A stretch of 64,000 nucleotides of DNA, from contig CAZNSZ010000002.1 in the NCBI GenBank assembly GCA_964575865.1, positions 390 through 64,389 of the forward strand, read 5' to 3'. Positions 1 to 8,285 of the stretch are shown piece by piece. The notes beneath the pieces were generated by a model that saw only the letters and a list, made by a program, of their open reading frames with translations, was not told the DNA's origin and made no database searches. Position numbers and translations under genes: made by a program. The first letter of the stretch is position 1, and each line of letters begins with the position of its first letter. The stretch is from an uncultured Bacteroides sp. GTDB taxonomy: Bacteria > Bacteroidota > Bacteroidia > Bacteroidales > GCA-2748055.

Positions 1-1
1 T

Positions 2-1018
2 ACCACCAAGGGGCACATCGAGTTCAGAAAAGCCCGGGCGGTGGACTGCACCATCGATGCCGCAGGGGACACGTCACTGATCCACCCCTTCAAAGGGAAC
101 CTGAATGCCGGGAAACTGGAAACGGTCCTTCAGCAACACGGCCGGGAAAGGATCCCGCTGATCCTGGTCACCCTGACCTGCAACAGCACCGGGGGACAGC
201 CGGTGAGCATGGAGAACCTGCGAATGGTCCGTGCACTGGCGGACCGGTACGGGATCCCCGTCATCTTCGATGCCGCCCGGTTTGCAGAAAACGCCTATTT
301 CATCAAGACCCGGGAAGCGGGGTATGAAAACCATTCCATTCCGGAGATCGTGAAAGAGATGTTCTCCCTGGCCGACGGGATGACCATGAGCAGCAAGAAA
401 GATGGCATCGTCAATATCGGGGGGTTCATCGCCCTTCGCAGCGCCGGGCTCTACCGGGAAGCGGCCACCTACAACATCCTGTTCGAGGGCTACCTCACCT
501 ACGGAGGGATGTCGGGGCGCGATATGGCCGCCCTGGCGCAGGGCCTCAAAGAGGCGACCACCTGGACCTTCCTCGACAGCCGGGTCCGTCAGGTGGCCTA
601 CCTGGGTGAACAGCTCAAAGCGAGGGGGATCCCGGTGCAGGAGCCCTTCGGGGGACACGCTATTTTCGTGGACGCGGGCCGGTTCCTCCCCAGGGTCTCC
701 AAAGAAGAGTATGTGGCCCAGACACTGGCACTGGAGCTTTACAAAGAATCAGGGGTCAGGGCTGTGGAGATTGGCACGTTGCTGGCGGACCGGGATCCGG
801 ATACCCGGGAAAACCGCTACCCCGCCCTGGAGATGGTCCGGCTGACGATCCCCCGCAGGGTCTACACACGGAACCACATGGATTATGTGGCGGCGGCCCT
901 GGGGAACATCTTCCAGCGGCGCAGCGGGATCACCTCGGGATACCGGATCACCTATGAACCACCCCTCATGCGCCACTTTACGGTGGAGCTTGAACCTGCC
1001 GCGAAAGAGGCTCAGTAG
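2..1018 (+). CDS. Beta-eliminating lyase (tryptophanase / tyrosine phenol-lyase family), 5'-truncated by window edge
   Basis: The frame is open from nt 2 with no stop. It has the PLP-lysine motif MSSKKDGIVNIGG and the family-typical RLTIPRRVYT near the C-terminus. Trp versus Tyr specificity cannot be decided by eye. Confidence 0.85.
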   Translation, partial: TTKGHIEFRKARAVDCTIDAAGDTSLIHPFKGNLNAGKLETVLQQHGRERIPLILVTLTCNSTGGQPVSMENLRMVRALADRYGIPVIFDAARFAENAYFIKTREAGYENHSIPEIVKEMFSLADGMTMSSKKDGIVNIGGFIALRSAGLYREAATYNILFEGYLTYGGMSGRDMAALAQGLKEATTWTFLDSRVRQVAYLGEQLKARGIPVQEPFGGHAIFVDAGRFLPRVSKEEYVAQTLALELYKESGVRAVEIGTLLADRDPDTRENRYPALEMVRLTIPRRVYTRNHMDYVAAALGNIFQRRSGITSGYRITYEPPLMRHFTVELEPAAKEAQ

Positions 1019-2709
1019 CCGTAGTGCCACCCCATATGGTTCCGGCCGTGGCAGTTGAGGTAACACCTTCCGCTGAAGATTCCGGTGCTTTCGTACCGCA
1101 GTGACCCGTTGTTCGACGGGGAGACGATGTTCAGGTCAAAGTTGATCAGGTGGGAATGGTTGGTCGTGTTTCCCTGGGTATGGCTGATCCCGTGCGGATC
1201 GTGGCAGGCGTTACAGGGGGTCCGGAGGTCCCGGATGTGTTTGTCGTGGTCATCGAACGATTCGTTGTTCAGGATGCTGGTCCGGCTGTGGCAGCGGTAG
1301 CAGAGCTCATATGCTGAAGGGGATTCGGTGGTCATATCGGCTGTCAGGTACCTGTACCTTAGTTGCCCGGGATATACCGAACCGTGTGGACCCCGGGGGG
1401 CACCGGTCCCGTCACTCCCGTGGCAATCGGTACAATAGATCACCGATGATTCCGTGTAGGGCGGAATGAGGCTGGGCACATTGGGATTGGGCCCGGCCTG
1501 GGTGACGGCATGGTGTGAGGGATTGGCCGGATCGAATTCCAGGCGAACATTGTTCTGCACCACCTGCCGGGTGGTCCTGGCCGCCGGTTTCGAAGGGCTG
1601 TCCCCATGGCACCGGTAGCAGAGTTCGTAGGCATATTGCAGGGGATCCACCGGATTCCCGTTCTGGTCCACTCCCCTCACCCCTGCAAGGAATCCGCTGG
1701 CCGCCGGGGGTGAGGCAGGGGCATCACTGACGGCATGCGGATTGTGGCAGTCCTCGCACTCCACGTGCATGGAAAGCAGCAATGCAGGTTCAGCGGCATC
1801 GTGATCCAGGTTGTATCCGTACACGTTGTGCAGGTAGGGCTTGGTAAGCTGCGCCACCAGGTTGGTGGAAGCCACATTCCCGTTGTGGCATGGGAGGCAG
1901 TTGTTCTCTTCGGCCAGGTCATTCATCAAACGCAGCTTGTTCCCGGCATGGTGGGGATTGTGGCAGTTCTCACAGCCGTTTTCCGTCACGTTCTGGTAAT
2001 CGGACCGGGGCCAGGGATCGGTTCCGTTACCGTTCCAGGTGGCCGTGGAGAGCTGGTGCGAGGAAGCCATCCAGAAATTCCTGTCATGGCAGCTGGTGCA
2101 TAGTTCCGAATATTGCCGGGTGACCACCAGGAACCCTCCGGTCAGGTCGCGGTGGGGATCGTGGCAGGAGGTGCACTGTACCTTCCCCCTTTCCAGGGCC
2201 ACCGGGGGAAGCAGTGCGGAAGGATCCCTCAGCTGCCCGTCAGCCGATGCGAGCCCCGTATTGTACTCGAAGGAGATGGGATGGTCATCGGCCAGGTCAG
2301 TGGACATGTTGGAAGAACCGGCCGGAATGGTGGTGATCCCCCCCGTGAACCCGATGGTTGCAGAACGGCTCAGAACGCTGCCCAGGGCAGTGGTCCCGTC
2401 ATGACAGCTCAGGCACAGGATGGAGGATCCGTCGGGCTGTCCGGGTGCCGCCTGCACCGTGGAGCTGTGGTAAAGGGTGTAGGTGTATCCTGCTTCATCC
2501 CTGTTCCAGAGGGGGCTGGAGGGCTGACTGTGGTGGGGGGTGTGGCAGAAAATGCAGATCTCCGCTTCGGAGACGGCCCTTACCTCGCCCGGCCCGCTGG
2601 CCGAAAGATTATGCAGCGAGTTCACCACGCTCTGGGAGATCGCTGCCAGGTGGATCAGCAGTAGCAGTCCCGTGACCACTCCGCGTGGTTGTAGATGGAT
2701 CGTACTCAT
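1012..2709 (-). CDS. Multihaem c-type cytochrome, 11 CXXCH + 1 CX3CH (MHC12)
   Basis: Has an N-terminal hydrophobic signal/anchor. Motifs are CIFCH, CLSCH, CTSCH x2, CENCH, CLPCH, CEDCH, CYRCH x2, CTDCH, CNACH and a terminal CYLNCH. The N-terminus resembles the doubled-CXXCH arrangement (CxxCHTPH ... LCLSCHDGT). The ATG overlaps the upstream stop by 4 nt. Confidence 0.9.
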   Translation of the reverse strand: MSTIHLQPRGVVTGLLLLIHLAAISQSVVNSLHNLSASGPGEVRAVSEAEICIFCHTPHHSQPSSPLWNRDEAGYTYTLYHSSTVQAAPGQPDGSSILCLSCHDGTTALGSVLSRSATIGFTGGITTIPAGSSNMSTDLADDHPISFEYNTGLASADGQLRDPSALLPPVALERGKVQCTSCHDPHRDLTGGFLVVTRQYSELCTSCHDRNFWMASSHQLSTATWNGNGTDPWPRSDYQNVTENGCENCHNPHHAGNKLRLMNDLAEENNCLPCHNGNVASTNLVAQLTKPYLHNVYGYNLDHDAAEPALLLSMHVECEDCHNPHAVSDAPASPPAASGFLAGVRGVDQNGNPVDPLQYAYELCYRCHGDSPSKPAARTTRQVVQNNVRLEFDPANPSHHAVTQAGPNPNVPSLIPPYTESSVIYCTDCHGSDGTGAPRGPHGSVYPGQLRYRYLTADMTTESPSAYELCYRCHSRTSILNNESFDDHDKHIRDLRTPCNACHDPHGISHTQGNTTNHSHLINFDLNIVSPSNNGSLRYESTGIFSGRCYLNCHGRNHMGWHYGY

Positions 2710-3707
2710 TGTGTTTCCAGTTGAAAGATCTGAACCCTTGCGTTGTAACTGTCTGCCACGTAAATGCGGTCCTGGCTGTCAATATAGACACCCGCGGGCA
2801 TCCAGAATTCTCCCTCTCCCCGGCCCTGTCCCCCGAAATTGGCAAGATACCGGCCCTCCCGGTCGAAGACCTGCACCACATGAAAGAGGGCATCGGCAAG
2901 GTAGATGTTCCCGTGGCTGTCGGTGGCCACTCCCTTTGGTCTGGCCATCTGTCCGGTCCCGTCGCCATTCTCCCCGAAGCAGAAGAGAAAATTTCCCGAT
3001 GAATCCAGCACCTGAACCCTGAAATTCATGGAATCCACCACATAGATCCTCCCGGCTGCATCAATCCAGAGGAAGGTAGGGAAATTAAACTCCCCCTGAG
3101 CCGGTCCCCGCTTCCCGATCCGCCTGAGCAAGCGGCCCTCCCGGTCGAAAACAGCGATCCTGTGTCCAGCGGTTTCAGAGACCCAGATCTCACCGGTGCC
3201 CGGATGGTAAGCGATGCCCGTGGGCTGCAGCAGTTCGTCCGCACCGGACATCTCCCCGATCCCGTCCCCCTTCAGCCTGAAGAACCGGTTCAGCCTGGAG
3301 TCTGTAAAATAGAGTTCCCCCTCCCCTCCGCGGCACACCCCGACCAGGGAAGGATACGAAAGTTTGCTGCGGCTGAGGGCCCTGCTCATGCGCTCCCTGC
3401 CCTGCTCCACCTCCATGAAGGTCCCTGCTCCCTGATCAAGGACCCACAGGTCCCCCGGACCATCGGCCACCACACCGAATGGTTTCACCAGGGCCATCTG
3501 CTTTTCGCCGAAAAGGATCGCAGAGAACCGCTCTCCCCACTTCCGTTCACCCTCCCGGCCGGTGTCAGGGAACTGTCCGATCCATCCCACCGAATAATTC
3601 CCGTCCTCCTGGGCGCAGAGCACGCCTGGAATGGCCGTCATGGCCAGCACGCCCAGCCAGACAAACACCGGGATCCTCTCCTTATTCTTCCTATTCATTT
3701 CTTTCAT
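2706..3707 (-). CDS. NHL-repeat beta-propeller protein, secreted
   Basis: Has a signal peptide (VLAMTAIPGVLCAQ). It carries repeated NHL-like units such as GEFNFPTFLWIDAAGRIYVVDSMNFRVQVLD, MARPKGVATDSHGNIYLADALFHVVQVFD and FWMPAGVYIDSQDRIYVADSYNARVQIF. The start could be 3707 or 3698. Confidence 0.85.
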   Translation of the reverse strand: MKEMNRKNKERIPVFVWLGVLAMTAIPGVLCAQEDGNYSVGWIGQFPDTGREGERKWGERFSAILFGEKQMALVKPFGVVADGPGDLWVLDQGAGTFMEVEQGRERMSRALSRSKLSYPSLVGVCRGGEGELYFTDSRLNRFFRLKGDGIGEMSGADELLQPTGIAYHPGTGEIWVSETAGHRIAVFDREGRLLRRIGKRGPAQGEFNFPTFLWIDAAGRIYVVDSMNFRVQVLDSSGNFLFCFGENGDGTGQMARPKGVATDSHGNIYLADALFHVVQVFDREGRYLANFGGQGRGEGEFWMPAGVYIDSQDRIYVADSYNARVQIFQLETQ

Positions 3708-4578
3708 ACGATTCTTTCCGGTGGCAGCCCGGCTGGCACGATCCTCCGTTGCCGGACGGGGTGAAACGGATCTCCATCTGCCACGATCCGAATGGGACCT
3801 TCTCCGCCATCAGATAAGGCTGTGTCGAACCGTGCAGGTTATGGCACAGGCGGCAGTTCCTTCCTTTGGCCCCCCGGATATGCAGCTGATGCAGGTTGAT
3901 GGCCCCATCCCTGAACCCGGTCGCCCATTCGGTTTCTGCCGCCTCCAGGAGATCCGTGTCATGACAGAGGAAGCAGAGCTCAAAATTCTCAACGGATGCG
4001 GCCGGGTAATTTTCCTCCGGGTAGGCGGCTGCAAGCAATGCCCGCTGTTCCGACCCGTGGGCCAGGTGGCATGAGATGCAGCCTCCGCCCGGGATTGCAC
4101 TGTGGGGCAGGCAGGTTCCGGTAACGAGGGAGCGGATATCGGCGCTCCCGCCACTTCCAGAGCCCTCCCCGCCGTGACAGGTCAGGCAGAGTTCCACCTC
4201 CGGCCGGGTCAGCAGCCGGTATTCGGAGGAAGCGTGCACATCATGGCAGTCCAGGCAGGCACCCTCCTGCACGGGTTCGTGGCCGGATGCAGGGGAGAGG
4301 GGACCTTCATGGCAGTAGAAGCAGAGGTCCGGCAACCTGTCCATCAGGGTGAATCCCGCACTGTCAGAACCCGGATGCGTTGCGCCGGTGGGCATGTGGC
4401 AGTTGTCGCACGCATCGGCAGCGACCGGATGGACCACCTCACGGTCCAAAAGGTCACCGTGGCACTCCAGGCAATCCGGCTCCTGACGGTACCCGGTTTT
4501 TGCAGGTCCCTCTGCCCTTTCGGGGCGGATCACCGCCATCAGAAGCATCAGGAGGGGTATGAGGGCATAACTCTTCAT
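3691..4578 (-). CDS. Multihaem c-type cytochrome, 8 CXXCH + 1 CX3CH (MHC9)
   Basis: Has a signal peptide. Motifs are CLECH, CDNCH, CFYCH, CLDCH, CLTCH, CISCH, CFLCH, CRLCH and a terminal CQPGCH. Confidence 0.9.
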   Translation of the reverse strand: MKSYALIPLLMLLMAVIRPERAEGPAKTGYRQEPDCLECHGDLLDREVVHPVAADACDNCHMPTGATHPGSDSAGFTLMDRLPDLCFYCHEGPLSPASGHEPVQEGACLDCHDVHASSEYRLLTRPEVELCLTCHGGEGSGSGGSADIRSLVTGTCLPHSAIPGGGCISCHLAHGSEQRALLAAAYPEENYPAASVENFELCFLCHDTDLLEAAETEWATGFRDGAINLHQLHIRGAKGRNCRLCHNLHGSTQPYLMAEKVPFGSWQMEIRFTPSGNGGSCQPGCHRKESYERNE

Positions 4579-4595
4579 AGGATGGGCGCTCGGTT

Positions 4596-6557
4596 TTAAA
4601 ATCTTCTGGTGATCTGGACATAGGCCCCGTTAAATATAAACTGACTCTCCCGGTAGATCCGCCGGTACATTTCCAGGCCCACGCTCAGGTAAAGGCTCCG
4701 GTAGCTGGTGGTGAACTCCGTTCTTGAAGTCAGGAGGTCCAGGTCAATGTTCCTCCCTCTTTGGCGCAGGTAACCCCCGCTCAGGCTCCAGCGCATCCCC
4801 GGCCTGATCGTCCATGTGAGCTTACCTGAGGCATTGGCATACAGCTGATCCACCTCATCGGCGATCATCCGGTAATCCCTGACGTTCCCGTTCACGGTGA
4901 CCAGCAGCCTTGAATGCAGGTTCCAGTTCATGTCCAGGTAGTACCGCCACATGCGGTAGGGAATAATGCTGCTCCGGTAAAGGTCCGATTCGATCCCCGC
5001 ACGGGCCATTCCCAGATCGAATCGGATCCCGTATACATGCTGGTGATAGTAGTTGAGCGTGAGCAGGTCACCGTCCACCACCCTGGGATAGTCCTGGACC
5101 GCGTAATGGTAGTAAAGCTCCACCAGCCGGTTGAAGAGCTGAACACTGGCGCTGAAATAGTTGTTGTTGGAACCGTATGAAAATGTTCCCGGCTGCCGGT
5201 AGGTATAATCGATATAGACGCTCCCGTTATCGGGGATCTGCCCCCCGGGGATCCGCTGGATCTCCACATAGCTGGCGCGCTGGATCAGCGTGTAATCAAA
5301 TTCCGGCTGGAAGATGATCGCACCGCTCACATCCCTCACCACCACCGAAGGAAGCTCCACGTAGGGCCTGTTGAGCAGGGTCACGGAACCATCCGTCAGG
5401 ACCTGCTCCTCGTTCAGGACCCGCACTGTTCCGCTCTCCCCTTCTGTCCGGTGCCGGTGCCGGTAATACCGGTATGCCAGCTGCAGCGTCCCTGTGGGGA
5501 TCTTCTTGGTGTACCTGAGGTCGACCCCTCCCCGGACATCCTGTTCATCATGGCTGAGCCCTGCCTGCTGGCCCACCTTGCCGTATTCGGCAAAAATCCT
5601 GGAGGTGAGGCTTTTGAACAGTTGATGCTGGAGCTCCGCACGGATCCTGTTCTGGTTCAGTTCCTGCACCGGATCCTTTAACCGGAACAGGTTCCAGTTG
5701 GCGGTCAGCCGCAAATGGTGCGGAAGCCTGAACATGATTCCTTCCAGCACCTCGAACCGGTTGAATGAAGTGGTGCCGCTCTGGTCATAAAAGGTGATCC
5801 TCGAATTCAGGCTGTAATTCTTCGCCGAGTCCAGGTAGATGTTGTTGTTGAGTGCGACCCGGTTGGTCAGGTGGGCTGTCTGATGCAGCCCGGAATAGGT
5901 ATACAGGTAATTGTTGCGGGAATAGATCAGTTCGTTTTTATCCCTCGATCCGAAGGACCTGGAGGCCCTGACCTGGATGTTCTCCTGGTCCATCTGGAAA
6001 TGTCTCCCGGTCTGTGTCTCCCGCTGATCCCAGGCCGTGTTCCTGTAAGTGACACTCAGCGGAAGAATCCTGTTGTTCAGTGAGATCATTCCTCCCCACA
6101 GGAGGTTTTCCGATCGCACATTGGTAAGCAGCTCACGGTTGAAATAATTCTGGTCATAATTGAAAAAACCCTGGAGTGTGACCGGCCGGTTGTTGCAAAA
6201 GGTGGTTCGGAGATCCACCTTTTTCAGGGTCCTTACTTCGGAACGGTCGGGAACTGCAATGTATTTCTCATCCCGGGCCTCGGGGCTGTAGGCTCCTCCC
6301 AGGTCGATCCTGATCACGTCGGGATCCCAGAGATAACTGCTGGTCTGGAGTTTGATCCCTCCCGTCAGATAGCTGCTCCTCTGATCCTCCTCCACTTCGT
6401 TGAAAGCGCTCTCAAGCTGCCTGTACTGTCCCCTGAATCCCACTTCTCCTGAAACGGCCTGCAGCGTCCATGGTCCCCACCTGAGTACCGGCTGGGAGAG
6501 GGTACCTTCCAGGGGGAAGAGCAGCAGGAGGAGCGCTATGGTACAGGTTCTGGTCAT
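4596..6557 (-). CDS. Large outer-membrane beta-barrel protein (putative porin component of the cytochrome operon)
   Basis: Start chosen at the internal ATG 6557 (MTRTCTIALLLLLFPLEG signal peptide), which avoids overlap with the upstream gene. The protein is about 650 aa. It has pervasive alternating hydrophobic/polar strands rich in Y/R/N/G and a C-terminal aromatic residue (ITRRF). I saw no recognisable TonB box or plug. Confidence 0.7.
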   Translation of the reverse strand: MTRTCTIALLLLLFPLEGTLSQPVLRWGPWTLQAVSGEVGFRGQYRQLESAFNEVEEDQRSSYLTGGIKLQTSSYLWDPDVIRIDLGGAYSPEARDEKYIAVPDRSEVRTLKKVDLRTTFCNNRPVTLQGFFNYDQNYFNRELLTNVRSENLLWGGMISLNNRILPLSVTYRNTAWDQRETQTGRHFQMDQENIQVRASRSFGSRDKNELIYSRNNYLYTYSGLHQTAHLTNRVALNNNIYLDSAKNYSLNSRITFYDQSGTTSFNRFEVLEGIMFRLPHHLRLTANWNLFRLKDPVQELNQNRIRAELQHQLFKSLTSRIFAEYGKVGQQAGLSHDEQDVRGGVDLRYTKKIPTGTLQLAYRYYRHRHRTEGESGTVRVLNEEQVLTDGSVTLLNRPYVELPSVVVRDVSGAIIFQPEFDYTLIQRASYVEIQRIPGGQIPDNGSVYIDYTYRQPGTFSYGSNNNYFSASVQLFNRLVELYYHYAVQDYPRVVDGDLLTLNYYHQHVYGIRFDLGMARAGIESDLYRSSIIPYRMWRYYLDMNWNLHSRLLVTVNGNVRDYRMIADEVDQLYANASGKLTWTIRPGMRWSLSGGYLRQRGRNIDLDLLTSRTEFTTSYRSLYLSVGLEMYRRIYRESQFIFNGAYVQITRRF

Positions 6558-6574
6558 TGCAGCTTCATGGGTAT

Positions 6575-7150
6575 TCAATAGAGCATGTACTGGTCCTCTC
6601 CTCCGTGTGGATTGTGACAGTCGGTACACGCCATCCCGTCCAGTCCCTCATGCATCTCGTTCTTCATCACATCCTCTTCCGTATGGCAGTAGAAGCAGAG
6701 CTCCTGCCCGGTGAACCTGAGCAAAGCGGGACCCGGGGAGGAATGCGGATCGTGGCATGCGGTGCAATAACCGCCCCCCACCGGTCCGTGCAGGACGGGG
6801 TAAACCGAACCCAGTTCTTCATGGCACATGTAACAGAGCGCCGGTTGGGGCTCCAGCATGCGTCCCAGGGACCCGGGATCGTGGCACATGCTGCACTCCC
6901 GTTCGGCATAAGGATAGTGCACCACCAGGGAGGACCTCTCCTCAACCGTTCCCTCGGTTGCTTCTCCGGCCATGGGGCCTGTGGCCAGGGTGTCCGAAGA
7001 CGCAACCGGGAGCTGCGAATCCTGCGCGGGCACCCCGTCAAAAAACAGGGTGAGCAGGCTTCTTCCGGTCTTCGGCGCACACTGGTGCAGAGTGACCGGG
7101 AACCCGGCCATCACCATGAACAACCATGCTGCTCTGGAGCTTTTTCCCAT
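6575..7150 (-). CDS. Pentahaem c-type cytochrome (MHC5), possible lipoprotein
   Basis: Motifs are CSMCH, CYMCH, CTACH, CFYCH and CTDCH. Start chosen at ATG 7150 (MGKSSRAAWLFMVMAGFPVTLHQC), 4 nt after the upstream stop. The cysteine after the hydrophobic stretch could be a lipobox Cys, but this is weak. Confidence 0.85.
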   Translation of the reverse strand: MGKSSRAAWLFMVMAGFPVTLHQCAPKTGRSLLTLFFDGVPAQDSQLPVASSDTLATGPMAGEATEGTVEERSSLVVHYPYAERECSMCHDPGSLGRMLEPQPALCYMCHEELGSVYPVLHGPVGGGYCTACHDPHSSPGPALLRFTGQELCFYCHTEEDVMKNEMHEGLDGMACTDCHNPHGGEDQYMLY

Positions 7151-7154
7151 CTGA

Positions 7155-8285
7155 TTATAAACCGGTTTCCTTTTCCTCAACAAATCCGTACACATTGACC
7201 TTGGCCGGCCCGTACTGGTTGGTGACGAAAATCAGGTGCTTCAACTCGAAATGCTCATCCACATAGGGCCTGAAGTAATCGAGGTTCTCGTAGCTCACCG
7301 CAATTCCGGCCGGGAGCCACATGGCGCCCGGACCATTGTATGATCCCCCGAAATGCATCAGCAACTGCCCGTCGGGATTGAATATCTGAACATTCTGAAA
7401 TGCGGCATCCACCACGTAAAGATTTCCTTCCTTGTCCAGGTCAAGACCTTTAGGTCGGGTAAACTGGCCCGGTCCGTTGCCATAACTTCCGATCCTGCCA
7501 CCGAACCGGCCGGTGGTCGAAATCTTTTTCACATTGAAATCCCCGAAATCAGAAACATACAACAGATGGTCCCCCATGGCCAGGTTGGTGGGTTGCCTGA
7601 CAAATCCCTCCGATCCCTGGTCCCCTCCTTCAAGCATGCCCAGCTTCTCATAATTCCGCGCGCTGTAGAGATGGATGCGGTGTTCCTGCACACTGACCAC
7701 ATATAGGGTGTCGTTCCGGACCAGCACATCGGTGGGTTTGAATCCTTCCCCGTCCCCGATGGCATCCAGGAAATTCCTGTCCCGGTCGAAGATGACCACC
7801 TGCCTGCGGTTGGCATCGGCCACAAACAGGTTTCCGCTCTCATCGGTGCAACAGTTGACAGGCAACTGGAGCTGTCCCCTGCCCCCGGGGATCCAGGTAT
7901 CGTAGCTCCCCCTGGCCAGGTCCATGACCACGAGTCCCCCCTGTCCCGTATCGCAAATGTAAATCCTGTTCCCGTGAACCGCGATCCCGTAGGGTTTGAC
8001 CAGCATCCTGGGTTCTTCCTTCCCAAACAGGTACTGGTGGAACCTTCCCTTCTGCCGGACCATGTCGGCCGATCCGGAAATATGGGTCAGGTACTGGATC
8101 CTGGTGGGAGCAGGGGGCGGGGGGTAGATCACCAGGTTTTCGGGGGAGGGGCTCAGTGAAGCGTTCCGGCTGCATCCGGACAGCACCCCGGTGAGGAGCG
8201 GAACGACCAGGCACAGAACCAGCACCCCCGGCATGAGAACCCCTGCCCTGCCGCGTCCCCGGACAGGGTTGCTCGGAGAGATCAT
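7155..8285 (-). CDS. NHL-repeat beta-propeller lipoprotein
   Basis: Has the lipobox LTGVLSGC. NHL-like units include SGNLFVADANRRQVVIFD, RPKGLDLDKEGNLYVVDAAFQNVQIFNPDG and HLLYVSDFGDFNVKKI. The ATG overlaps the upstream stop (ATGA). Confidence 0.85.
   Translation of the reverse strand: MISPSNPVRGRGRAGVLMPGVLVLCLVVPLLTGVLSGCSRNASLSPSPENLVIYPPPPAPTRIQYLTHISGSADMVRQKGRFHQYLFGKEEPRMLVKPYGIAVHGNRIYICDTGQGGLVVMDLARGSYDTWIPGGRGQLQLPVNCCTDESGNLFVADANRRQVVIFDRDRNFLDAIGDGEGFKPTDVLVRNDTLYVVSVQEHRIHLYSARNYEKLGMLEGGDQGSEGFVRQPTNLAMGDHLLYVSDFGDFNVKKISTTGRFGGRIGSYGNGPGQFTRPKGLDLDKEGNLYVVDAAFQNVQIFNPDGQLLMHFGGSYNGPGAMWLPAGIAVSYENLDYFRPYVDEHFELKHLIFVTNQYGPAKVNVYGFVEEKETGL

Noticed and set aside
1012-1018. 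Convergent stop-codon overlaps: tryptophanase/MHC12 by 7 nt, and MATE/blc by 11 nt at 10531-10541.
   Set aside because: These are real in the sequence and leave no room for terminators, but such overlaps are common in compact genomes. I see no functional implication.
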